A stretch of 63,430 nucleotides of DNA from Deltaproteobacteria bacterium (GTDB taxonomy: Bacteria > Myxococcota_A > UBA9160 > SMWR01): NCBI GenBank assembly GCA_032128115.1, contig JAQBHB010000094.1, forward strand, positions 1 to 63,430, given 5' to 3'. A program made the translations under genes and the position numbers. Shown here in pieces: positions 1 to 8,857 of the stretch; position 1 is the first letter of the stretch, and each line of letters starts with the position of its first letter. Under the pieces are notes generated by a model. The model had not been told where the DNA came from, searched no databases, and saw nothing but the letters and a program-made list of their open reading frames with translations.

Positions 1-1137
1 GTTTCGGATCGACGCCTGCCTCCGGCGGACAACTCGGCCATGGACGGATACGCCGTGCGGTCGTCCGACCTGGCCGGGGCCGGCCCCGGCCATCGCGTGC
101 GGCTCCGGGTGGTGTGCGAAGTAGCCGCCGGCAGCCAGCCCAGCCGTTCGATCGCTGCGGGCGAAGCGGCTCGCATCTTCACCGGGGCGCCCATCCCGCC
201 CGGCGCCGATGCGGTGGTGCGCCAGGAGGACACCCGCGCCGAGGGCGATCGGGTCGAGATCCAGGTGGCGGCGCCCCCCCACGACAACGTGCGCGACGCG
301 GGCGAGGACGTGCAGGTGGGCGAAGCCGTACTGGCGGCGGGTACCCGGCTGGGCTCCGCCCAGCTGGGGGTGCTGGCCTCCCTGGGACGCGCTGTGGTGT
401 CGGTGCACCAGCGCCCGCGCGTGGCGATCCTCTCCGGGGGCGACGAGCTGGTGGAGCCGGATCGTGGCGTGGCGGGGGGACGGATCGTGGCGTCCAACTC
501 CTACTCGCTTTCGGCGCATTGTCTCGAGATCGGGGCCGAGCCCCTGTACCTGGGAATCGCGCACGACACACCCGAGGATCTGGAACGCCACTTCCGAGCG
601 GGGCTTTCGGGTCACGTGCTGGTGAGCTCGGCCGGGGTTTCGGTGGGCGACCGCGACCACGTGCGTCCGGTGCTCGCGAAGCTCGGCTGCGAGCTGGTCT
701 TCTGGGGTGTCGAGATGAAGCCGGGCTACCCGCTGGCCTTCGCACGTTTCCCGTCGGGCACGGGCCCGCTGGTCTTCGCGTTGCCTGGCAATCCCGTGTC
801 GGCCCTCGTTACCTTCGAGCAGTTCGTGCGCCCCGCGCTTCGCAAGATGATGGGATACAAGAGCTGGTACCGGCCGCTGGTGCAGGCGCGTCTGGCCGAG
901 CCCCTTCGCAAGGGTGCCGGGCGCCTTCACTTCGTGCGGGTGACCCTCGAGCGGGTGGAGGGCGCCATCGTGGCGCGGGCCACCGGCAACCAGAGCTCGG
1001 GTGTGCTGAGCTCGATGACTGCAGCCCAGGGGTTGCTGGTGTTTCCCGCCGACGCCACCGAGCTTCGCGAAGGCGACACGGCATCGGTTCAGGTTCTCGA
1101 CGCCGACTTCTTCGACTCGGCGTCTCCCGGTTTCTGA
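1..1137 (+). CDS. moeA: Molybdopterin molybdotransferase MoeA (5' end outside window)
   Basis: Frame is open from base 1 (VSDRRLPPADNSAMDGYAVR); motifs SAMDGYA, IFTGAPIP, SGGDEL, GVSVGDRD, MKPG, LPGNPVS. Confidence 0.95.
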   Translation, partial: VSDRRLPPADNSAMDGYAVRSSDLAGAGPGHRVRLRVVCEVAAGSQPSRSIAAGEAARIFTGAPIPPGADAVVRQEDTRAEGDRVEIQVAAPPHDNVRDAGEDVQVGEAVLAAGTRLGSAQLGVLASLGRAVVSVHQRPRVAILSGGDELVEPDRGVAGGRIVASNSYSLSAHCLEIGAEPLYLGIAHDTPEDLERHFRAGLSGHVLVSSAGVSVGDRDHVRPVLAKLGCELVFWGVEMKPGYPLAFARFPSGTGPLVFALPGNPVSALVTFEQFVRPALRKMMGYKSWYRPLVQARLAEPLRKGAGRLHFVRVTLERVEGAIVARATGNQSSGVLSSMTAAQGLLVFPADATELREGDTASVQVLDADFFDSASPGF

Positions 1138-1140
1138 TCG

Positions 1141-1680
1141 ATGCACCGCGGACCCGACGGGCGTCTGGCGATCCTTTCGGCGGCGATCCTGACCGGCGGT
1201 GCGCACGCGGGCGCGGCCGCTGCGCCGCCGTCCTCGCAAAAGACCGCCCGATTGCTTCGCGAAATCTTCGAGGAGGTGCTGGCGGTGGGGGGCGAGATCC
1301 TCCCCGACGGCGCCACCCGGACGGTTCCGGATCTTCCGGGCCCCGAGTGCCCCCTGCGCGGTGTGGCCAGCGCGTTGGCCGCAGCCTCGGGCGAGCGGGT
1401 CCTGGTGCTGGCGGGGAACGGGAGCCCTGTGCTGGAACCGAGCGCGGACCTGCTGCTGGCGCTGGTGGCGTGGCCCGAGGCCGATGCCGTGGTGCTGCGC
1501 ACGGCCAACGGCCTCGAGCCGCTGTGCGCGATCTATCGCCGCGATCCGGTGCTCCGGGTCGCTCGCTTGCGGCTCGCGGCGGGGAAGCTTGCGCTGCACG
1601 ACCTGCTGGCCGAGATCGAGACCCGTGTGCTGGACGAGACGGCGCTGCCGAGTCTCGAAGCGCACCGCGATGGGCGCTGA
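1141..1680 (+). CDS. MobA-like NTP-transferase family protein, degenerate
   Basis: Directly follows moeA; AAILTGG, PLRGVASAL and EPLCAIY resemble MobA, but the SxRMGxDK and C-terminal NxNTP motifs are absent. Confidence 0.65.
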   Translation: MHRGPDGRLAILSAAILTGGAHAGAAAAPPSSQKTARLLREIFEEVLAVGGEILPDGATRTVPDLPGPECPLRGVASALAAASGERVLVLAGNGSPVLEPSADLLLALVAWPEADAVVLRTANGLEPLCAIYRRDPVLRVARLRLAAGKLALHDLLAEIETRVLDETALPSLEAHRDGR

Positions 1681-1839
1681 CCGGGTCCGGCTTCAGTCCA
1701 CCAGATCGGATCCCGCGCGTGTTCCCAGGTCGGGCGCATCGTCCGGGTTGGCCGGGGCGATCCAGATCCACAAGGCGCCGGGCCGCCCGGGTGGGGCTGC
1801 ATCGTCCGAATGGGCGCCCGAGGGGGACGTCGGGTCGGT

Positions 1840-2667
1840 TTACCGGCTCTCGGGTGTTGCGTCCGGCGCCAACGCGCGCGGGCCCACGGGCACCCTGACC
1901 GGGGGCGACGTCGCCGCGGTGTAGCGGCCGGCGACCGGGTCGAAGTAGTCGAAGCGGATCTCCGGCACCTGCAGGTCGCCAGTCTCGCGCGGCACGATGT
2001 CGTAGGCGAAGTGTCGCCGCGTCACCAGTTGTACACCGGGCTCGAAGCGCAGCGAGGGTCGTTGCGGAAAGATCTCCGCGGCCGGAATCTCGCGCCCAGC
2101 CAGGGGATCCGGCGCGTCCCACAGGTTGCCCGCCCCCTGCAGCATCACTGCCAGGCGCACGCTCTCGCCCAGACGCACACTCCGCGGCTCGACCTGGGTG
2201 TGCAGCACCAGCGGCCCCACCAGACCCGAGAACCCGGGCGGCGAGGCGTCGCGAGGCAGGGCTTCGACCGAGAGCACGACCGGCGGCACTGCCGCCCGGA
2301 ACTCGCCGCCCGCGGCCAGCCGACAGCGGAGCCCCGCCGGAGCCAGCGCAACGGGTCCCGGCGCCTCCCCAAACAGGGCGCGGTGTTCCTCGCGCACGCG
2401 ATACGAGACGCCGTCGCGCAATTCGTCGCCGGGGTTCGGGCGCCCGGGCAGGTGCTCGGCCCGAACGCCCGCGAACCGGGGCGCCTCGATCCACGCAACC
2501 GAGGACACGTTCTCGCGGGTCAGGATGCGCAGCCGGTAGAGCACCTGCTGGCCCACCCGCGCGCGGGCCGGCTCGACGGCGGCCAGGGCCCGACACGGGG
2601 CCGCGGTGTCGCCGCGGGCCGGGCCACAGGCCAGGAGCAGGAACCCGGCGGCGGCGGCGGTCTTCAC
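1840..2667 (-). CDS. batD: BatD-family protein (short)
   Basis: Signal-like N-terminus; VGQQVLYRL, GLVGPL, GAGNL, PEIRFDYFDP.AGRY; GTGA overlap with the upstream stop; Bat operon context. Confidence 0.7.
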   Translation of the reverse strand: MKTAAAAGFLLLACGPARGDTAAPCRALAAVEPARARVGQQVLYRLRILTRENVSSVAWIEAPRFAGVRAEHLPGRPNPGDELRDGVSYRVREEHRALFGEAPGPVALAPAGLRCRLAAGGEFRAAVPPVVLSVEALPRDASPPGFSGLVGPLVLHTQVEPRSVRLGESVRLAVMLQGAGNLWDAPDPLAGREIPAAEIFPQRPSLRFEPGVQLVTRRHFAYDIVPRETGDLQVPEIRFDYFDPVAGRYTAATSPPVRVPVGPRALAPDATPESR

Positions 2668-4322
2668 CACACCGGGCCGGCGCGCGGTCGCTCGTCGCCC
2701 GCCGGCTGGGCGGCGCTGCGCAGCGAGCGGGCGGGATCGTCCGGCACACGCGACAAGAGTCTTGCCCGCGTCGCCGCGTCTGGAACCGGACCGGGCGTGT
2801 CTCCAGGCAACTGGGAATCGCTCGCGCGCGGACTCTCCTCGCGCTGCTTCGGGTCGGGCCCGCGTTCCGGCGATCTGGGCGGCGATGGCATCGCCGGCTG
2901 CGGTGGCGACTGCACCTCGAGCGCGCGCAGGGTCCACTCCAGGTTGAAGCGCGCGTGTCGATCGTCGGGATCCAGGGCCAGGGCGTCGAAGAACGCATCG
3001 CGCGCGGACGCGAGATCTCCCGATGCGATCAAGGTCACGCCCAGGTCGTAGTAGGCCAGCGAGGCCAGCTGGGGATCGCTCGCCAGCAGGGCGGCGGCGG
3101 TAAAGGCCCGGGCCGCGGCGTCGCGCTCTCCGTTCTCGAAGCGCGCCCGGCCGAGCTGCACCAGCAGGCGCGGATTGCGCGGCGACGCAAGCAGCCGGGC
3201 TTCCAGGGCAGCGATCTGCATGCGCTCACGGGCGGACGCGTCTGGCGCCCCCATCGGGATCGAAGCCATCGGGATCGAAGCCAGCAGGGCGGCGAGCGCG
3301 AACGCTGCCCGACGGTCGCGCCCGCGGCGCAGCCTCGTGAGTACACGCCAGACCCGCTGGCGCGCGGGGAGGCCCTCCAGACACAACAACACGAATGCCA
3401 CAGCGGCGAACGGGGCCACGCGCACGGCCGCTACGCGGCGCTCGACCCATTCGCCGTGCGTTCCCACGGCGTCGCGCCGGATGGCGCTCGCCGCGGCATC
3501 GAAGTCGAACACCCCCCAGGCATCGCCGAGAAACAGCTGGCCGTCGGTGGCGTCTGCGAGATGGGCCAGGCGTTGCGCGTCGCGTCGCGTGTGCACGATG
3601 CGTCCGGCGGCGTCGCGCAGGGGCACGCCGTGGTCGGGCACCGTGGCACCCACATCGGTGCCCAGGGCGGCGGCCAGGACGCGCACCTGGGCGCGAACGA
3701 GCTCGGCCGCATCGGCGCGGCCACCGCGCTGCGGCCTCTCGCCGTCGCTCAGCACGAAGATCACGCGGCTCCGGTCGCTACCCCGGGCAAAGGCTTGCAG
3801 CGATTCTGACAAGCCGCTCGCCAGGTGGGACCCGGCGGGGTGGATCAGGTCGGTGTCTACGGATGACGTGAACTCGAGCAGTGCGGCGCGATCCGGCGTG
3901 AGCGGCGTGAGCAGTGCGCCCCGCGAGCCGAATACCGCCAGCGCCGCCCGGTCCTGGGGCTCGAGTCGCGCCAGCAGCTCGGCTACGCCGCGTTGCGCCC
4001 GGGCCAAACGGCTGGGAGGGACGTCGCTCGCGTCCATGCTGCGCGAGACGTCCAGCAGGAACACCACATCGACGCCGCGCGCGAGGACCCGCGTACTCTG
4101 TTCGCCCCAGCGCAGCCCCAGGAGTGCCACGGCGATGGCCACGAGAGCCAGGGCCAGCAGGGTGTCGCCGGGAAGCGACGGCGCCGGACGGAACTCCGGC
4201 CCCATGAGCGTGTGCCGACGCCGACGGGCGACTGCGCGCGCGGCGCCGAGGGCCAGAATTGCAGCCGCCACGAGGAGCCCCAGCGCCCGGGCCCACTCCG
4301 GATGGGCGAAGAGTTCGAGCAT
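2664..4322 (-). CDS. batB: VWA + TPR protein (BatB/BatC-like fusion)
   Basis: FAHPEW N-terminus, MIDAS DVSRSM, PSRLARA, LSDGE, TPR segment AYYDLG...ARFNLE; ATG overlaps the upstream TGA. Confidence 0.85.
   Translation of the reverse strand: MLELFAHPEWARALGLLVAAAILALGAARAVARRRRHTLMGPEFRPAPSLPGDTLLALALVAIAVALLGLRWGEQSTRVLARGVDVVFLLDVSRSMDASDVPPSRLARAQRGVAELLARLEPQDRAALAVFGSRGALLTPLTPDRAALLEFTSSVDTDLIHPAGSHLASGLSESLQAFARGSDRSRVIFVLSDGERPQRGGRADAAELVRAQVRVLAAALGTDVGATVPDHGVPLRDAAGRIVHTRRDAQRLAHLADATDGQLFLGDAWGVFDFDAAASAIRRDAVGTHGEWVERRVAAVRVAPFAAVAFVLLCLEGLPARQRVWRVLTRLRRGRDRRAAFALAALLASIPMASIPMGAPDASARERMQIAALEARLLASPRNPRLLVQLGRARFENGERDAAARAFTAAALLASDPQLASLAYYDLGVTLIASGDLASARDAFFDALALDPDDRHARFNLEWTLRALEVQSPPQPAMPSPPRSPERGPDPKQREESPRASDSQLPGDTPGPVPDAATRARLLSRVPDDPARSLRSAAQPAGDERPRAGPVW
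3251..3280. repeat. In-frame 15-bp tandem duplication (ASIPM x2)
   Basis: ccatcgggatcgaag occurs twice consecutively. Confidence 0.9.
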
Positions 4323-5383
4323 CACGGCAGCCGCCTCCGGAACACCCGGGCCAGGGCGATCTCCGCCAGAAGGAAGGCGCCGGCCAATGCCAGCACCGGC
4401 TCCGGCCGCTGGCTGTGGCGCACGCGCGCGGGCTCGCGTCGGGTTACCCGCTCGAGGGCGTCGATCTCGGCGTAGACGCGCATGAGGTCGGCCGAGCGAC
4501 GCGCGGGAAAGAAGTGACCCCCCGTCACCGCGGCAATTCGTTCCAGGGTTTCGTGATCCACATCGTGTCGCTCGAACTGCAGACGGCGCCCCGGGGCGCG
4601 CCCGCGCGTCTCCATCGCCACCTCTTCGCCGGCGGTCCCGATAGCCACCGTGTGCACGCGGATGCCCTCGGCGGCGGCCAGCGCGGCGGCAGTCTCCACC
4701 GGGACGGTGCCGGCGTTGTTGCGCCCGTCGGTGAGCAACACCACCACCCGGCCGGCGCCCCGGGGGGCCTCCGGAGTGGCGCCGGCCAGGGCGCGCTTGA
4801 CCGACAGCGTCAACGCGTCGCCCAGCGCCGTGGCCTCGCCGGCCACGCCGGCATCGACGCGCTCCAGGGCTGCGGCGAGCAGGGCGCCGTCGCTGGTCAG
4901 TGGGCACTGGGTGAAGGCCGTTTCACCGAACACCACCAGGGCGACGCGATCGCCTTCCGCGGCGCGTTGTTCGGCGAAGCGTGCAACCACCTGGCGCGCC
5001 AGGTCCAGGCGGGTGCGCCACTGCCCCTCGCTGCGCGTGTCGAGAGCCCGCATGCTGCCGGAAGCGTCCACTGCCAGCACGAGATCGAGGCCGTGGCCCG
5101 GCTCGGGGGGTGCGCGATGCACGCCGACGGGCCCGGCCAGCACCACGGCCAGGACCATCAGGGCCAGGCCGCGCAGGCCGAGTGCGACGCCGCGCGTGAG
5201 GTCATGGCGCCTGGCGCCGGCGAGTCGCGCCTCCTCGAGACCCGGCCACGGGATGGAGGCCGGTTGCGCGCGTGCCATCACCACGACGACGACCCAAGCC
5301 AGGGGGATCAACAGCAGCCACGCGGGCTGCTCGAGGGCGTCGATTCCCAGCGTCTGCAGCGCGCCGGCGAGCCAGGAACTCAC
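4322..5383 (-). CDS. batA: VWA domain membrane protein BatA
   Basis: N- and C-terminal TM segments; MIDAS DASGSM, TQCPLT, TALGDAL, LLTDGRNNAG. Confidence 0.9.
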   Translation of the reverse strand: MSSWLAGALQTLGIDALEQPAWLLLIPLAWVVVVVMARAQPASIPWPGLEEARLAGARRHDLTRGVALGLRGLALMVLAVVLAGPVGVHRAPPEPGHGLDLVLAVDASGSMRALDTRSEGQWRTRLDLARQVVARFAEQRAAEGDRVALVVFGETAFTQCPLTSDGALLAAALERVDAGVAGEATALGDALTLSVKRALAGATPEAPRGAGRVVVLLTDGRNNAGTVPVETAAALAAAEGIRVHTVAIGTAGEEVAMETRGRAPGRRLQFERHDVDHETLERIAAVTGGHFFPARRSADLMRVYAEIDALERVTRREPARVRHSQRPEPVLALAGAFLLAEIALARVFRRRLP

Positions 5384-6333
5384 GAGCGGGACCCGGGCGG
5401 AATCGTGTCTTCGACAAAGGCCTCGGCCGCATCCACCAACGCGCGCACGCGGTTGACGAGCGCGGGCGCATCGGTTCGGGGGCGGAACCGGAACTCGTCG
5501 AGTCCGTGCAGGATCGCGACGAAGGTCGGCCAGCGGGAGGTGGCGGAAAACGGTGGGCTCGCGGCGTCGATCTCTTCAGTGGTTCGCGCCAGGGTGTCGG
5601 CGCCGAAGCGGCGTTGCATGTAGCGGCGAAGAGCGATCGCCACCATGTGGGCGGCCGTGCACGGCTCCTGGCCCCTTGCCCCGGTGAGTTCGACGCGGGC
5701 CTCGATCCAGGGAGGCGCCGCGGGTTCCGGGATCGGCGGGGAGAGCGGTTTCCGTTGGCGCAGTCGCCGGCGGACCAGCAACACGCCCGCCACGGCGGCC
5801 AGGGCGACACCCGCGCCGCCAACGGCAGCCACCAGCGTGGAGCCGGTTCCGGCCGGCGCCCCGGCGCCCCGCAGCTCGAACGGCGCCAGTTGTTCCGGAT
5901 TTTCGGAGAGTTGCGAAACCACGTCCAGGGTCAGGTCGTCGAGCGACAGGCTCTCAGTCCGGTCGCCGATGCCTTCGATCTGGACCTGACCTCCCGGCCA
6001 CACGAACTGACCCACGTCGCGCGCGCGCACGCGAAGCCGTGTGCGGTGGATCCAACGCGAGGCCTGCTTCTCGACGGGCAGGGCCTCGGTCTCGAGCAGC
6101 CAGAAGCCCGGGATGTCGCCCTCGGGTACGAACGGTCGCAGCTGGTGCCCGGGCGGCGTCACCACGGCCAGCTCGATCACCGCCACCTGACCCAGAGCGA
6201 TTCGCGGCGGCTCGAGCACCCAGGTTGCCCGCGACGTGGTGGGAGCCGCGACGGGCGGGGGCTCGCCGCATGCCGCCGCGCACAGGGCGAGAGCGGCCAG
6301 CCTGCGCGCGATCCGGCGGCGCCTCTCGCCCAT
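5380..6333 (-). CDS. Bat-operon accessory membrane/lipoprotein (DUF4381-like)
   Basis: ATG coupled to the DUF58 stop; lipobox-like LCAAAC, internal TM, LRRYMQRRFG...TTEE C-terminal motif. Confidence 0.7.
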   Translation of the reverse strand: MGERRRRIARRLAALALCAAACGEPPPVAAPTTSRATWVLEPPRIALGQVAVIELAVVTPPGHQLRPFVPEGDIPGFWLLETEALPVEKQASRWIHRTRLRVRARDVGQFVWPGGQVQIEGIGDRTESLSLDDLTLDVVSQLSENPEQLAPFELRGAGAPAGTGSTLVAAVGGAGVALAAVAGVLLVRRRLRQRKPLSPPIPEPAAPPWIEARVELTGARGQEPCTAAHMVAIALRRYMQRRFGADTLARTTEEIDAASPPFSATSRWPTFVAILHGLDEFRFRPRTDAPALVNRVRALVDAAEAFVEDTIPPGSRS

Positions 6334-7289
6334 CACCGGGCGCCCCGGGTTCTGCGCGCGGCGCGTTCGTGAAAGAAGCTTCCGAGTCGGAAGAGCGGGT
6401 TGCGATCCGTGCGCAGCCAGACCGGATCCACACCCGCGCGGCGCAGGCCGTGGTCGATGCGCTGTCGCCGCTGGCTGCAGGCTGCGCGGTAGCGCTCGCG
6501 GGTGCGCGGCGAACCGCTCGTCAGCAGCCACGTGCGCCCGGGAGACTCGGGGTCCACCACGCGGATGGAGCCGGCGGCCGGGATCTCCTCCTCGCGCGGA
6601 TCGCCGATCACGGCCGCCACTACGTCGTGTCGAGAGGTCAGATCGCCGAAGGCCGCACCGAGCTGGCTGACTTGTGATGCGGCCGTTTCGGAAAACAGTT
6701 CCGGGTCGCGAAAGTCCGAGATCACCACCACCACCGCCCGGCGGCGCGTGGAGGCCGCCACGGCGCGCAGCCCCACCCGCAAGCTCGTGCCGTCGCGGCT
6801 CGAGCCCGCCGCCTGCACCGCCGTCCGGATCACCTGCAGGCTGTGTGCGCCGCCCCGGCCGACGGGAACCCGCGCGCGCACGCGGCGATCGAACGCCACG
6901 AGCCCGGTGCGATCGCCGGCGCGACCCGCGGCGGCGGCCATCAGGGCCAGGGCGTGGGCGGCAGTGTCGGCCTTGGCGCAACCCCTTGAACCGAAGCCCA
7001 TGGACGCGGACACATCGAGTGCGAACAGCAGCGTCTGGTTGCGCTCTTCACGGAAGCGCTTCACGAAGGGCTCGGCGTTGCGTGCGGTGGCGTTCCAGTC
7101 GATGGTGCGGACATCGTCGCCGGGTACGTAGGGTCGGACCTCTTCGAACTCGAGGCCGCCACCGCGGAAGGCGCTGGTGTAGTTGCCGGCGAACAGCCCC
7201 GTGGCCTCGCGACGGCTGCGCAGATTGAGGATCCGCGCGGCCCGCGAGAGCTCTTCGTGGGAGACGGTGCGCATTTCGCGGGGGGGCAC
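6333..7289 (-). CDS. DUF58 domain protein
   Basis: GNYTSAFRGGGLEFEEVRPYVPGDDVRTIDWNATAR, KRFREER, LDVSASM, ISDF. Confidence 0.95.
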   Translation of the reverse strand: MPPREMRTVSHEELSRAARILNLRSRREATGLFAGNYTSAFRGGGLEFEEVRPYVPGDDVRTIDWNATARNAEPFVKRFREERNQTLLFALDVSASMGFGSRGCAKADTAAHALALMAAAAGRAGDRTGLVAFDRRVRARVPVGRGGAHSLQVIRTAVQAAGSSRDGTSLRVGLRAVAASTRRRAVVVVISDFRDPELFSETAASQVSQLGAAFGDLTSRHDVVAAVIGDPREEEIPAAGSIRVVDPESPGRTWLLTSGSPRTRERYRAACSQRRQRIDHGLRRAGVDPVWLRTDRNPLFRLGSFFHERAARRTRGAR

Positions 7290-7300
7290 CGGCGCGATTC

Positions 7301-8287
7301 CTAGGGCGTCTCGACCGCGGCCAGCAGCGACTCGACCACCGCCTCCGGGACGATGCCGTCGGCTTCGGCCTCGTACGTCACCACGATCCGGTGGCGCAAC
7401 ACGTCGCGGGCCACGCGCTTGATGTCATGGGGAGTGGCGAAGCTTCGCCCGTCCAGCAGCGCGCGGGCGCGCCCGGCTCGCACCAGATACATGGAGGCCC
7501 GGGGCGACGCTCCCAGGGCCACGCACGCGTTACTCGTGCGCCCGTCGGGTGTTTTGACGTGTGCGCCCGCCGCCGCCGGGTCGCGCGTGGCGCGTGCGAG
7601 TCGCACCGCGTAGTTCATCACCTCGGGTGCCACGTGCACCTGGGCCGCGGCGAGCCGGAGTTCCCGCAGGCTCTTTGCATCGGCGACCGCCCGCACCGGC
7701 GGGGGCTCGGAGGCGTCGCGCCTCACGATCTCGCGCTCCTCGTCTTCGCTGGGATACGGGACTACGAGCTTGACCAGGAAGCGATCGATCTGCGCCTCGG
7801 GAAGCGGATAGGTTCCCTCCAGCTCCACCGGATTCTGGGTAGCCATCACGAAAAACGGATCCGGAAGCTCCAGACTCTCGTCGCCGATCGAGACCTGCCG
7901 CTCCTCCATGGCTTCCAACAGTGCCGATTGCACCTTGGCCGGTGCGCGGTTGATTTCGTCGGCGAGCAGGACCGGCGTGAAGATGGGTCCCCGGCGCACC
8001 ACGAAGTGGCGCTGATCGGGCACGTAGACCGGCGTGCCGATCAGGTCGCCGGGCAGCAGATCTGGCGTGAACTGGATGCGGCCGAAGCCGAGCCCCAGTA
8101 CCTGGGCCAGGGTGCGCACCGCGGTGGTCTTGGCCAGGCCGGGAACGCCCTCTACCAGGGCGTGGCCCCCCGAGACCAGCGCCACCAGGAGCCCCTCGAT
8201 CAGCTCGCGTTGCCCGACGACGACCCGTCCGATCTCCTGGCTGATGCGCCGAAGGGTCTGCTCCGCCTTTTCGGGCGCTGCTTCCAC
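7301..8287 (-). CDS. moxR: MoxR-family AAA+ ATPase
   Basis: EGVPGLAKT, RIQFTPDLLPGD, LADEINRAPAKVQSALLEAM, ATQNPVE, LPEAQIDRF. Confidence 0.97.
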   Translation of the reverse strand: MEAAPEKAEQTLRRISQEIGRVVVGQRELIEGLLVALVSGGHALVEGVPGLAKTTAVRTLAQVLGLGFGRIQFTPDLLPGDLIGTPVYVPDQRHFVVRRGPIFTPVLLADEINRAPAKVQSALLEAMEERQVSIGDESLELPDPFFVMATQNPVELEGTYPLPEAQIDRFLVKLVVPYPSEDEEREIVRRDASEPPPVRAVADAKSLRELRLAAAQVHVAPEVMNYAVRLARATRDPAAAGAHVKTPDGRTSNACVALGASPRASMYLVRAGRARALLDGRSFATPHDIKRVARDVLRHRIVVTYEAEADGIVPEAVVESLLAAVETP

Positions 8288-8374
8288 GGAAGCAGTGTCT
8301 CAGCGAAGAGGCGGGCCGGCAAGCACGGCGCGGAGACGAACGCAATCGCCCGCATCCGGGCGTTCCGGACGGCG

Positions 8375-8857
8375 CTAGCGCCGCCGGGCGCGTCCCAGGA
8401 TGCCGGTGGTACGCACGCCGGGAATCTGGGGCAGGCGCACCACGCGGCCACCCCACGACTCCACTTCGTCGCGACCCGCGATGGCGCCGAGAGCCCAGTC
8501 GCCGCCCTTGGCCAGCACGTCGGGGCGCAGGGCCCGGATCAGGGCCAGGGGCGTGTCTTCGCGAAACGTAACGACCCAGTCGACACAGGCCAGAGCCGCC
8601 AGCACCTCGGCGCGCTGGCGGGCGGGAATCAAGGGTCGCTGCGTGCCCTTGAGACGACGCACACTGGCGTCGCTGTTGAGCCCCACCACCAGGCGATCGC
8701 CCAGTTGGCGGGCGGCTTCCAACGTGCGCACGTGTCCGACGTGCAACAGATCGAAGCATCCGTTGCTGAATACGATGCGCTGTCCGCGCCGCCGCGCGGC
8801 GCGCACCACTCGCGCGGCCTGGTCGCGGGACACCACCTTGTCGCGCGCGCGTTTCAC
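8375..8857 (-). CDS. rfaE2: D-glycero-beta-D-manno-heptose 1-phosphate adenylyltransferase
   Basis: [36 protein letters not shown] overlaps the upstream TGA. Confidence 0.93.
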   Translation of the reverse strand: MKRARDKVVSRDQAARVVRAARRRGQRIVFSNGCFDLLHVGHVRTLEAARQLGDRLVVGLNSDASVRRLKGTQRPLIPARQRAEVLAALACVDWVVTFREDTPLALIRALRPDVLAKGGDWALGAIAGRDEVESWGGRVVRLPQIPGVRTTGILGRARRR

